DNA of 64,000 bases from Anthoceros angustus (Eukaryota > Plantae > Anthocerotophyta). The DNA lies in contig MU008202.1 of NCBI GenBank assembly GCA_010909165.1, forward strand, positions 124,001 through 188,000, read 5' to 3'. The notes beneath the pieces were generated by a model that did not search any database, was not told the origin of the DNA, and was given only the letters and a program-made list of their open reading frames with translations. Shown piece after piece: positions 33,008 to 46,343 of the stretch; within the stretch, counting starts at the first letter, position 1; every line of letters starts with the position of its first letter. The translations under genes were made by a program, and so were the position numbers.

Positions 33008-36000
33008 CGGCACAAAACCGGAGAACAAGTGAGCAGTTCCGAAGCATAGTAACAAACTTCCCCACCTCAGCTCTGCTGAATGTAAAAAGATCAGCTGTTA
33101 GCACAGTTCCTTGTACCATTCTGAATACAGAAGAACACCGCAGCAAGGAAGTCCATATAATACCTGCACCGCAGGTGGCCAGCCTCTGTTATGCGTGCTG
33201 AGTCGGCCACCTGGTGAAGGAGCGCAGGTGTCCAAGAAGAAGCAGCCAGGGCAAGAGAAGCCGTGTCGGAAAATGCCTGGACGAAAATTTCAATGTGCTT
33301 GAGAGCCATTTTCCTTGCTGCTTCGAGACCTCCATTTCGAGTGAATGCTTCACAGTGGGCACCAGCGGAGACCACTTCATCCATTCTGCTAAAACAAATC
33401 AGACATTAACACCCTCCACAGACACAAGATACACAACCTGAGACTCAGGACGACATTTCCTGAGTTTCCAATTCTGGAGGACGTGGAAACAATTGCCACG
33501 TCCTCCAAAACATGTCGTCCGCCAGAAACTGACTAAGCCAGACCGCGAAAAGCAACGAACCTTCCATCAAGACAATATGCCAGAGCAAGGGCCGCCATAA
33601 ACCGTGCCATTTTTGACCCAGAATTGGAACAAAGGTGGACTAACGCAGGTACACCATCTTCCTCCACATGCGCAAAGCATTCCCTGCGTTGAAGGCTAGA
33701 TTCCACAATGCACCAGCCGCGGTTTCATGAACATCCTGAAAGAGAGGAAGACCGAAACAGACGTTTCAGTCCAATCCTTGATCCCATCATTTCCAGTGTG
33801 GCTACAGTCACAAGATGATTCATTTGACCTCTGCAACAAACCTGTTGCCCTCATGGTGCAATATGGGATCTTACCTCAGAATCTGACCGTGCCAGGGCAA
33901 TAAGAGGTGCCACGCCACCTTCCCGTCCAATTGCAATGCTGAAAACCCAGAAAATTCATTGTTTCACCAGATGCAGGCATGTCCTCGTCAACATGAAAGC
34001 TTTCAGGAACCTACAAGGGCTTGAGAGAAGGCCAAGCATGATGCAAGCTCGGACAAAAGGGTCATTCAATCTCACCTGTTGGCTTCAGATACTGAGAGAC
34101 CCCAAAGAGCTCCTGCTGCCCTCTCTTGCAATCCCTGAGAGCCATTACTACAGCTTTGAGCCAAAGCCACCTGTACCAACCAAGACAACCTTCACATTTT
34201 AGTTGATCTTAACACAGGGGTTCCACAGCACAGCGACAGAGTCTGAACAAAGGACTTCACTTTGACTACACTGGCTACTAGCACTTCATATGGACATTAC
34301 CAATGCTTCCACTCCCCAGCAGCCGCAATTGCCTCACGGTTTCTGTCGTCAAAGAAAGATTCCACAGAGCTCCTGCAGCCTCCTGCCTGCAATCCACATA
34401 AAAGCGGCGGAAGAGAGAATCAGTGTCTACATGGACAATATCAACTGAAGCGATTGCCAGTCATTCAAAACTCCCTCACGGCCACTTACCGGACACCTTC
34501 ATGATGTGAGCAGGTAAGCTGCACAAGTGCATCAAGAGCCCCGTCCTCCCGGCCTACAGCAGCATTATTTCCGTTACTGTCACCATGTGCTGCTAGATTA
34601 GCTAGTGCACGAGCTGCCTGTGTTCAATAATAACAAGTCTCTGTCAGCCCAAGTGTGCAAATGAAATCTGAGGCATTGCACAGACACCACTACCTATCAA
34701 GGATGATTGTAGCTTGGATTGGCACAATGACTTTACCTGTTCTTGGACACCTTCATTCTTGCAAAATCGAGCAAGCATTACAAGTGCATGAACACCACCA
34801 GCCATAGCTACTTCCATGCTGCATTTATCATCTGCAGCAAGATTCATAAAAGCTCCAGCAGCACGTTCCTGAGATAGGAACAACTGTGCTTAGTTCCTAC
34901 TCCAACGAACTTCCAACTGCACCCTTGGGAAGAAAAGGCAAAAAGAAAGAGTACCAAGACTCCCTCCCGCCTGATGGCCACTTGAAAGCTAAGTCCACCA
35001 AAGCCTCGATAGCACCAGCCTCCGCTATGGCACCCTGAATTACATATGTGCATACATGAGACAAACATGAGAATCAGATAGACGCCAACATACGAGCATC
35101 TAGGGAGCTCTTTTCAAAGGTATCCACCTCGATAATTACCTTATGCTCATCACCAACCGAAAGATTCCAAAGACCACCTGCAGCCTCCTCAGCTACCCAG
35201 CGATTGGGTGACCTGGCTAAGGCTGCTAATATACTGATGCCTCCCTCCATTGCAACTGTCTTAGCCACTTCTGTGTTTACCGATAGGTTTGCTAGCGCCT
35301 GCAAGGAGCAAACGTATAAGAGAGGAATGCAAGACATCCAAGACATACAATGTTCCAGGAGCTGTGTGTCGTGAACCAACAAAAAGTACAATACCTTGGC
35401 TGCTTCTGACTGCACACCCTCACGGCTGGACTTGGCAAGGTTGAGAAGATAAGCGATGCCACCACCATTCATCACAGCTTCAGCTCTGTTCGGGTCAACT
35501 GTTGCATTTTCATCATCAATAACAACAAATGTGGCAAGCGCAGTTGCACCCCTTTCCTGCACTTCCTCCTGAGAGCTTTTCACAAGACTAAGCATCACAG
35601 CAGTGCCTTGCTTAAGCCAAAAGCTGTCCAGTCCTGGGAGATTACTTTCTGCTATCCGCAATAAAGCATGAGACAACACCCACTCAATCCAGTCGCTCAG
35701 CTCCAGATTTTTCTAGTCTTGCAAGCTCATGCTTTTCGACTTTCTCCAATCCAGAAAAGGGTTTTTCCTCTTCACACCGCACACAGTCCTGCCGGATGCC
35801 TGGGATAGAGACTCAAACGAGAGTGAGGCCAGGCCCTTGACAAGATCCGTAAACCGGGCCAGCAGGATCTTGGTGCGAGAATTATAGGACACGTTGTCGC
35901 TGCCGTCCTCAAGCAGGGGACAATTAAGAGCGCAGAGGACCTTCAATTGCGGCGCTGCCAGAAACGCGGACGCAGCCGAGGGTGTAATCTCCGTCCGCGA

Positions 36001-36807
36001 CACATCCACAGCCACCAGATTAGGCAGCTGCTTCGCCCAGAGCTGTGCTGCGCTGGCCCATGAGATGCTTCTGGATCCCGCCACGGACAACAACCGCAGA
36101 CTGGTGGCGGTCCCCAGGGCACCCTCGTGGACTGAGCTGCAGTCAAGGAGACCCAATTCGCTGAGGTCCGGGCACCCCTTCACCAGCGCCCCAATGGCCT
36201 CGGCGTCGACCTCCCTCACACCCGACAGGCGCAGCCGCTTCAACTTGGGGCAGCACAGGGCCACCACCTTGATCGCGTCGCTGGTGATTCTCTCGCAGTC
36301 CGGCCCAAGCTGCAGGCTTTCCAGCGCGTCGTGCTTGGCAGCCAGCCACGAGAGGTGGGCATCCGACAGGTCCCTGTATGCGTCCCCGCACAGTTCCCGT
36401 AACTCTCTGGCCTGCAGCGAGACCATGACCCCGGTTGTCCCCGGAACCTCAGCCGCTCCAACTTGGCACATCTCCCAGAAAGAGCCGACGCCATAGCCAT
36501 ATCCAGCGAATGCGCACGGAGATCCAGCGACGTCCACAGACACGGGGACGATGCCAACCGCCTCCATGCCCGGCACACCGACGCCAAACTGGACCTGTCT
36601 CTGTAATTTAGTAAACCGAATAATTGAATGAGCGCATCATCGGGCAGGCTGGTCCACTCCGCGTCGTATTGCCCTCCCACGCACACAATTTCCTCCTCCT
36701 CCTCCTGCGCAGCTTCACACCGCCTCCAGCGGCCTCTCGGGAGCCCTCTTGCTGGCCGTCGGCTTCACCGATATTTTGATTGCCTTCCGGCGCACTCTGC
36801 GAATCAT
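33006..36807 (-). pseudogene. ARABIDILLO: ARABIDILLO copy 2, 3'-truncated
   Basis: Near-identical to 8557-12356. Lacks the last exon (fused to a PGM fragment at 33006). In-frame TAG at 35713-35715 where copy 1 has CAG. Net 2-bp and 4-bp deletions in exon 1. Confidence 0.88.
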
Positions 36808-37016
36808 GGCTCCCGCCTGGCAGCTGCCACACTGAAGTGTTACATAACTTGACCTAGCTCTGCTTGGCCGAGTGAGCAGAAACAAGCAAGCAAAAAGAGA
36901 GCTGTTGCAGCTCAAGGCGATGCAATTTTGGCATACTGCACGGGGAAATGAAGCTCGTGGGGACGTAAGTGGCTTGGCGACCTTGATCGTGTGCCGACCT
37001 CGGTCTCCCGCGCAGC

Positions 37017-39016
37017 ATGGCCTTCTCTCTCCGGCAAAAGCAATTAGGTGAGCTGCTGCATCTTGGATGTGTGGGTGGATCCGGCGTGTCTTGGAAGATC
37101 TGTGGAGTCGGGTTTGACGTGGCCGCTGTTGCCTGTTTGCAGACGCTGTGATCCGCATGCTCAACCTGAATCACCCGGTTCAGAGCGGGGGTACTGCCGA
37201 CGAGGAGATCTACAAAGTGCTAGTCTTAGATCCTTTGACCCGGGCTATATTGTCACCGCTGATCCGCGTGAATGATCTTCGCAAACATGGAGTCACGCTG
37301 TATATGATGATCGACAATGAGCGGCAAAACATCCCTGACGTGCCGGCCATCTACTTTGTTCAGCCGAGTGTGAAAAATGTGGACAAGATTGCACTTGATG
37401 CTGCTCGAGGAGTGTATGAAAGTTTCCACCTCAATTTCACCTCCTACCTTCCCAGGCCACTGTTGGAGAGACTTGCTGGAGAAACTCTGAAGACTGAGAG
37501 CCTGCATCGGATATCAAAGGTTTTTGATCAGTATCTTGAGTTTGTGACTCTTGACCATCGATTGTTTTCACTTGCACAGCCACAAACGTATCTGCAGTTG
37601 AACGATCCAGCTGCTCAGGATAAGGATGTGGAGGCAGTGGTTGAAGGCATCGTTAGTGGTCTCTTCTCGGTGCTGGCGACCCTTGGTGTGGTTCCTATTA
37701 TCCGGTGTGCCAGAGGAGGGGCAGCTGAGATGGTTGCTTCTCTTTTGAATTCGCGGCTGAGGGACCACTTGGTGTCTAAGAACAATCTTTTCACAGAAGC
37801 AGGGCACTTTGGGAGCTCTTTTCAGCGTCCTCTATTGTGTCTGTTCGATAGAAACTTTGAGCTCTCTGTGGCTGTGCAACACTCGTTCAGTTACAGACCT
37901 TTGGTTCATGATGTATTGGGTCTGAAGCTGAACAAGGTCACAGTGCAAAGCTCTGAGGCATCTGGGCCTCTTGTAAAGGGAAAAGGTGCCGGTACCTCGT
38001 ATGAGTTGGATGATTCAGACAGTTTTTGGGTAGCAAATGGGTCTGCTCTTTTCCCTAAGGTGGCTGAGGAAGTAGAGGCCCAGCTGAACAGATATAAGCA
38101 GGATGTGGAAGAGGTTAACAGGCGAACAGGTGGGGGCAAAGATCACTTTGATGAGCACCAGCTGCTTGGAAACACAGCAAGTCTGATGAATGCTGTCAAC
38201 TCGCTACCAGAGCTGACGGAACGGAAGAAGATGATAGATAAGCACACAAATATTGCCACTGCTCTCCTTGGAGAAATCAAGTCAAGATCATTGGACAGTT
38301 TCTTTGCTACAGAGGAGGATATGCTATCTCGGGGCACAGTTGATAGAAACACGTTGATGCTAACTTTGAAAGGCAGGGGGACAAAAGAGGACAAACTCAG
38401 GTTGGCAATTGTGTATCTGCTCTCCATGGAAGCGACACCACCTGCAGACGTTGAAGCTATAGAGTCTGTTCTTCGGGAGGAGCAGATAGACGTCGCAGCT
38501 TTTGTTTACGTCAAGCGAATAAAGTCCTTGAATTTGAACCTTCCTCCTGCAAATGCAGCAAATGCTGCAAGTAAAGGAAATCTCCTGGATTGGGCTGACA
38601 AACTCTATGGGCAAACCCTTAGCTCAGTGGCGGCAGTAGCTGCTCAGGGAGTTAAGAATCTACTTGCAGGAGGGAGGCAGCTGGCTGTCCCAAGGGCCGT
38701 GGAGTCTCTGATGGATTCCAAATCTCCAGACACAGAGTCGTATTTGACTTTTGATCCTAGAAGCCCCAAGGGGGCAGCGGTAGGTGGTGGTCTATCCAAA
38801 GGGCCTTTCAAAGAAGCCATTGTGTTCATGATCGGTGGCGGTAACTATGTCGAGTATGGAAGCATCCAAGAATTTGCACAAAGACAACAGCCAGCTAAGA
38901 ACATCATATATGGGGCTACAGAGATTTTGACAGGAAAAGATTTTGTTGATCAGCTGACACAGCTAGGAAGTGGCATGAACCGAAATGCCAGTGCAAACCT
39001 TACAACCACAAATTAG
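37017..39016 (+). CDS. SLY1: SEC1/Munc18-family transport protein SLY1; join(37017..37047,37143..39016)
   Basis: Spliced N-terminus MAFSLRQKQL-DAVIRMLNLNHP matches plant SLY1 (MALNLRQKQTECVIRMLNLNQP). GT-AG intron of 95 bp. A 622-aa open frame ends with AIVFMIGGGNYVEY..IYGATEILTG. Confidence 0.96.
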
Positions 39017-39415
39017 AATCCACCTCATTGGCGATGGACTGGAGGTCCCGTCGCAACTAGTTCACATCGTGTTTTTAGTTTCAGACATTTGTAGCTCTTT
39101 GAATCTGCATAGGTACATTGTTGCTCTAGGTTCGAGCATCAGAGCTTTTTTCTATCGATCAAAAGCCAAAGCAGCTTTGAGCCTTTACAGGTTCAATTCT
39201 CACATTCGCTTGGCGGGCTACCGTTTAAAGAGTTAGGCACTGGCTTAGGTTCCTTTCAATTGCTGCAACTGTGGACCTATGTCTGTGTGCTCTACAGAAG
39301 CAAACTTGCTGCTCTGCACAAGCAAAACTTGAAGCAAGATACTGGAATCTCCCGCAGTCTCCTGCTTTGTTCCATGACTGGTATATTCTGTCATCGCACG
39401 GAATGCACCAGCAGA

Positions 39416-42400
39416 CTATGCCAGAAACTTCTTCAACGCGGAGACATCCAGTGCAGGGAACTGCTCAACAATGCTCAGCACTGCAGAGCCCAGTTTCCTA
39501 GCAGCTTCTTGAGACGGTGCCTGTCATCCAATATCACACCTTCAATATCCAATCCCATTGAAAGTTGCTACGCACAACATCCAATGTCGGAATTTACTTA
39601 CTTCAATGTTCAATGGAAGAACGGGATCATGGAGGGACAATCTAAGCAAAAACCAGCCGCCGTACCCAGAAACGCGGACCTACGAACAGAACGAATGCTT
39701 TGAGTTCACCGAATCCGTGCGGTAACCACGAGTCTTGGTTTGTGCTCAACCTTAATTAGCAAACAAAGGCTGGGAGTCAGGCATACCCCTTCATAATTCA
39801 CAGCAGCCTTTTGCAGGTCCGGATCTGTTGGGAGCTTGGCCTCCAAAGCCTTCAGTACTTGCTCTCCGTACTCCCTGAAAGAGCTGTGATGCAATAGTAT
39901 ACATGTCGTTAGGGAATGCTGTCTAGCATGATAAGTTTGCTGAACGCAAGTTGGCGAGAACTGACCCAGATCCCAGATCAGGATGTTCCTGATTGATTTT
40001 GAATCTCAGTTCTTTAGTAACCTCCGCTTCTTCAAGCTCTCCAATCATATTGGTGAGCACTGCACTTCCCTTGCCTTCACCAGCAACTTTTGCAGCAGCA
40101 AGCTTGATAAGAAGTTTTACCTGCCACAATATTCCTGAGACTGAAGACCACTAACGAAGAAGACATGTTGCTCGCATATCTGGTGGACATATCAGACACA
40201 GCTTGAGGTAAGGCTACGGACACTGACCATTAGATATGCTCCATCATCAAGCCAATGATTTTCTTGTAGTGCACCATGCCCACTTGTCTCAATCGCAAGG
40301 TGGGTCTCTTCACCGCTACCATTCTGCATGTCAGCGGAATGGCATTACAGTGGAGCAGAGACGGTCACACACCGGCTATCAATAACATGTGACAGCCTAT
40401 AAAATCCCTTACCAGTCGAATGCCCTCATCAATGACATTCCTGTAACCTCTTTTGAATCGATGATGCTTTCCACCTGAGAAACAAGATAGATACAGTAAG
40501 AACCTGTTACAATATCCTTAGAGTACACAATGGAATCCAACGCGAGGATCAAGCAGGCTGGACATTCTACCATAATAGGGATGCAGGAAGATGAGCAGTA
40601 CCAAGCTTTTGCTCTATGAAAGCTGTCAACCCATCGGATGTGACACTGTCAGTCACAATGGTTGTTCCTGGATGCTACAGGCAGAAACCACAGTTAAAAG
40701 CAAATACAAAATGGTTCTCGATAGAACATAGGGGCTGGGTAACAGATACACTCCAGGCATGTGCCCTACCTGATCCAGAACTATTGCAGCCATTAGTGCT
40801 ATCAGTCGATTGCGGTTGATCTCACGTCCATCTGAATCTACCGCAGCAGCCCTGCAAGAAATGCTGTTAATTATTCTCGCACATACACTCTAGAAACTCA
40901 TCCCTACAGCCAGAATACAAAATTCCGATTCAGCTTACCTGTCCACATCAGTGTCAAAAATGATACCCAAATCTGCCTTCTGGTCAAGAACTGCTTTGGT
41001 AATAGCTGCCATAGCCTCCTTATCTTCCGGATTTGGTATGTGGTTGGGGAACATTCCTGAAGACAGCATCCCATTCCAGTTGTGGAAGCGTGAAGCAATT
41101 CCGTACTCTGAAGCGCAAGACATTGTAACAGCAGAGGCCACATCTCAAAAGTTTGCAAGTAGCTAACCAACCATCTGGCTCAAGAAACTGGCTTCCCACA
41201 GTCTTCACTCCTAACGGTTCCAAAACTTGTCCCTGCATACGTCGCATTGCCAACATTCATCTACAATTATTCAGGTTGGGGGTCTTGTACCAAAACCTGA
41301 AACTAAACTCTTGAGTGAGTTTTGTCGAAAAAGGAAGCTAAACTATGCCTTACTGCAAAAAAGCCACCAGCACCATTTCCTGCATCCACAACTATGTGAA
41401 AGCCTTCCAGCGGCTTCTCTGCACACAAGCAGGAAGGCAAACCATGCTTTAAGACTCAGCTCACGGCAAGGAGGATGGGCTGATAAACATTACAATAAGC
41501 TTCAAAACCGGTGCTTACCAACACCTCTTGCCCCTTGCCGAACTGCCTCAACAAGATCTCGAGAATACTGATCCATGTAGTTTACCCTCCTTGACACTTT
41601 TTCAGCAAGGGCAGCTGACTCCTTTATATTATCCTCTGATAGTTCAGCATATATCTTCGTTGCCCTCGACAAAATGTCACTTATGTCGCCCTTACCAAGC
41701 CCACCAGCGTTGGTAAAAAATTTAAGTCCATTCCGGTTGAAAGGGAGGTGACTGGCTGTAGATGCATAATACAGAAGTAAGCTACGCTAGCTCCATATGG
41801 CTGATGGACAGTGCTTCCAACCGACCAGACCTAACATGCTGACTTCCTTGAATGTTTGCATCAGCTTGCTACATGCTAGATACACGGAGCTTTAGTCCCA
41901 CCTGTAATCATGATTGATCCATCGACAGGGCATAACAGACTTGCACTGTCCGTTATGGTGCTGTTGAACATAGCTGGTGTAGATGCCAACCTGCCAGAGA
42001 ACGAACACCCTGAGGATCATGAGATCCATGTGTAGCCTACAAATTCGTCAGGACCAGCTCGGAACTTACCCATACAGCACAACATCCAACCCTGCCCTGG
42101 CAATACCTCGGGCTGCAGCTGCCTGCAGATGCGAAGTATATGTAAGGAACGCTTGAAAGACCTTCCAAGGTGGCCTTCAGAAATGTAACGAGGGCATGCA
42201 AATGAGATGGGAGTACCGAAAGAGAATCCGCTGATATCCGGGAGTCGTGCCCTACAGAAATTCTGTGACGTCTCGACCCATCAGCTTTCTTCTTGTCCAA
42301 GAGCCACCCTGCAAAACCAGCAGCTATAGCCTCTGCTGCAGGCTCTGTGAGATTGACAGGCTCCCCCTCCACACCGTCAACGGCAATCCCCCGAATATCA

Positions 42401-42898
42401 CTGTACAAACACAAGAACAAGGAGATAGCATGTGCTGAAAAGCCATCCGACAAGACCATTGGGCAAATTCAACATTCCACTTGAATAAGCAAAACAACGG
42501 TCTGCAAAGCCACGGACCTGCCGTTCTGAAGCTTCTTGAAATCGACCTTGTCCAGCATCTTGGCTTCACTGCCAGCCGAGACAGCAGCTGCTCGCAGAGC
42601 ACACACACGCTGTGAGCACCAAGCATCAATTACGAGCTCTGGATCACATGCAATTGGAAGCTGTGTGCAGGATCATCCTGTGGTAACCTGCGATAGTCAG
42701 TGCTCGCTTTCCTTGACGTTGAATTGGAGCGGACTTGTTTATTTGTTGCCAAGCAGATCTTTTGGCAGTCCAAAAGTCAGGTACATTCAGTCTGACGCTC
42801 ACTGACGGTGGCATTACCAAGTGCGCTCCTCTTCCATCGCTTTTCGAAGAGCAGCTTGCAATGTCTGAGTGCCATGCAAAGGCTGCACGAGAGCTCAT
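39416..42898 (-). CDS. Phosphoglucomutase/phosphomannomutase-family protein (At5g17530-like), probable plastid transit peptide, multi-exon
   Basis: KLQNGS|DIRGIAVDGVEGEPV..ISVGHDSRIS; GMFPNHIPNPEDK..DLGIIFDTDVDR; FREYGEQVL..VNYEG; GYGGWFLLRLSLHDPVLPLNIE. Stop at 39416-39418. ATG 42898 (CCGCCATG) is inferred. Confidence 0.92.
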
Positions 42899-43139
42899 GG
42901 CGGAAGGCGGAGCTCAGACGTGTCTACGCTTTCCTGGCAGAGCTAACGAGGAAGCCGATGTCTACACGTAGACATAGGCAAGTAAGGAAATACTATTACA
43001 TATGTAGAGAACGCGGGCAGGCAAATCATTGCCAGGGACTATCGGGACGCCCAAGTACGATGCCCGCGTGGTAATGCCTGCAGCAGAATGTCGATCTCTG
43101 CATTGCCATATTTGGCGTGCAGGTGCCCGTGAGGACTAG

Positions 43140-46100
43140 ATGCGAAGGGCTTCAAGGGCGGCCGCAGTGGCAATCAGGGAAACAGGAGCTCGGAGCTATG
43201 GGCAGCCTCTGGTTAGCAGCAGCGGCAGGGGAGGATGTCTCTGCTTTGCAAGAGACGTCATTGGATGCTCTGTCGTGAGGTTCTCAGCTGCGTCCGCAGA
43301 GCCCAGAAGCGCAATAATTGTGGGTGAGTGGTGGTTTTGCTCGACTTTCTGGTGTTCTGGGCAGTGTGGTGAGGGTCTTGGTGGTGTGCAGATAGCCGGG
43401 TAGCAGCGGGGGCCGACAATTTGCATTGGTCAGGCAGGAGGCTGAGTAAGGTCAGAGAGTTGCAGCTGGGATCTGAGATGGGTTGTTGTTTCAGTCTCCT
43501 CTGCTCTGACACCCTGTCTTGGAAACATTCAGGGGTGCAAGGCCGACGAAGATTCTCCCCACAGTTTTGATAGTGTGAGCAGGCTGGTTGAGCAGGGTCG
43601 GCTCGATGACGCCGTTCGTGCTGTGGAGACTTCATGGGAGCAGGGGACGCCTTTGTCCACCAAGGCGTTGTATTGTCTGCTCCAGGCATGCTGCAGAGCC
43701 AGAAACCTACAGGTCGGGAGGAGAGTGCACTCCCTCGTTGTCAGAGGCAAATTGGAGGGAAATGTGTTTCTTGGGAACCACCTTATCCGCATGTATGCTT
43801 CTTTGGGGCGGCTGGTGGAGGCCAATGAGGTGTTCAACCGGCTTGCTGCACCCAACGAGTTTGTTTGGGCTAGTGTGATCTCGGCTAATGCCAATCATGG
43901 GGAAGCTGATCGGGCTATCAAACTGTACTTCCAGTTGGTGGACTCCAAGGTGAAACGCGACGAGCACATATTTGTGGCTGTACTCAAGGCTTGTGCCAGG
44001 GCATCTGCATTGGCAATGGGAACGATTGTCCATTCCCATGTTACAGAATGTGGTCTAGAATCTAACCTTTTCGTCGGAAGTGCTTTGATTGACATGTATG
44101 CCAAGTGCGGAAATGTGGAGAAGGCTCATAAAGTGTTTGGGGGACTGTCAGCGAAGGATATTGTGACATGGAATGCTTTGGTTTCTGGGTATGCTGAGCA
44201 AGGGGATGGGCAGGGAGCACTGCAACTGTTCCAGGAAATGCAGCAGGTTGGCATGCGGCCGAACAAGGTGACTGTCCTAGGCATCCTGAAAGCATGCTCC
44301 AGCATCGCAGCTCTCGACGATGGCCAGCGTGTGCATGCCTACATCCAGGATAACGGATTTGAGTCAGACGTGTGTGTTGGCAATACCCTCGTTGACATGT
44401 ACTCAAAGTGCGGGAGCCTCAAGGATGCCCGCAGCGTGTTTGACAAGTTGCCGTCCAGGGATCTGGTTTCCTGGACAGCGATGATCACAGGGTATGCTAG
44501 GGAAGGCGATGGCCAGGAGGCATTGAACCTGTTCCAGCAAATGCATCACGAACGTGTGCAGCCAAACAGTGTGACACTCATGAGCGTTCTCAAGGCATGT
44601 TCTAGCGAGGCGGCCTTGGATCAGGGCAAGCTGGCCCACGCCTACATCAACAAGTATGGTCTCCAGTCGGACGCGTTCATCTGCAGCACCCTGATTGACA
44701 TGTACGTGAAATGTGGTGGCCTGCAGGATGCACGCAGTGTGTTTGATGGACTATCAAGCAAGGATCCTGTATCATGGACTGCGATGATTGCAGGATATGC
44801 CCAGCATGACGACGGTGAGTCGGCTCTGGAACTCTTCCAACAGATCATGAAAGAGGGGATGCAACCCAACAAGGTCATGCTGCTCAGCGTGCTCAAAGCT
44901 TGCTCCATCACAGGATCCCTGGACGAGGGCAAGCTGGTGCATTCCTGCATTTCACGAGGTGGGTTCGAGTCAGATGTGGTGGTTGGCAGCACCCTCATCG
45001 ACATGTACGTGAAATGTGGCAGCCTGAGCGATGCACGATCGGTGTTTGACAGGTTGGGCACAAGGAACCGGGTATCATACAACGCCATAATCGTGGGATG
45101 CGCCGAGGCCAAGAGCAGCGAGGAAGCAGTGCAGCTGTTTCAGCAGATGGAACAGGAGGGCATCCAACCGGACAAGGTGACCCTTCTGAGCATGCTGAAA
45201 GCATGTGGCAGTCTGGATCTGGGGCAGTTTCTCCACGCCCGAGTCACAGAATGCGGCCTAGAGTCTGATCTCAGCCTCTCCAACAGCATTATGGACATGT
45301 ATGGCAGGCTGGGAAGGGTGGAAGATTCACGAAATGTGTTTGACAAGATGCGGAAAAGGGACCTGGTTTCATGGAGCACCTTGATCGCAGGCTACGCTGA
45401 GCAGGGCTGCGGCCAGGAGGCCCTGCTGCTCTTCCAGGAGATGGTCGAGGAGGGGATGCAGCCGGACAAGGTGACAGTGCTGGCCATCCTGAAGGCGTGC
45501 TCCAGCGTTGCATCTCTGGAACAGGGCAGGCAAGTCCACGCACACGTCACAGGCTGTGGCCTGTCCGAGGACGTGTTTGTGAGCAACACTCTCATCGACA
45601 TGTACTCCAGATGCGGGAGCCTGGACGATGCCCGCCGGGTCTTCCACCGGGCCCCCTCCAAAAACCTAATCTCATGGACCGCCATGATCGCGGGATGCGC
45701 CCAGCACGGCCGGGCGCAGGAAGCCCTCCAGCTCTTCTCCAGAATGCAGCAGGAAGGTCTGCAACCTGACTCCAAGGTCCTCATCTGCCTGCTCTCCGCG
45801 TGCCGGCACGCGGGCCTGCTGGAAGCCGGGCACGAGGTTTTCCGCAGCATGACCCTAAAGTTCAACATCGCCCCGGACGTGGAGCACTACGCATGCATGG
45901 TCGACCTCCTGGCCCGCGCCGGCCATCTCCGCGACGCCGAGGAATTGGCGACCCGCATGCCCGTCCCTCCCAACATCTTCCTGTGGACATCCCTGCTCGG
46001 CGCATGCCGCACGCACGGCAACGTCCCTCTGGCCAGACGCTGCTTCGACGCCGTCCTGCTGCTGGACCCGTGCAACACCGCCGCGCACGTGCTCATGGCC

Positions 46101-46343
46101 AGCATCTACGCGGCGGCCGGCCTGCCGGACGAGTGCGCCCAGATCCGCGGCAGGATGCACACCTCCGGCAGCAGGAAGGAAGCCGGCCGTACCTGGATGG
46201 AAGTGAGCAGCCAGGTGCACTCCTTCGTGGTGGACGACACGGAGCACGCGGACCGGAAGCAGATCCTGGCCATGCTCAGGCATGTGCGGCAGAGCATCGA
46301 GCTGGAGTCCATCGAACAGGGCGGGCATCACCTGGCTCGCTAG
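43140..46343 (+). CDS. PLS-class pentatricopeptide repeat protein, E/E+ subclass (no DYW); model join(43140..43323,43495..46343)
   Basis: 922-aa ORF from 43575 with repeated P-L-S triplets (seven xMYxxxG S-type motifs), E motifs and a PG-box-like RKEAGRTWMEV, ending before any DYW domain. The first exon (MRRASRAAAVAIRE.., targeting-peptide-like) and the phase-1 intron are inferred. Confidence 0.9.
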
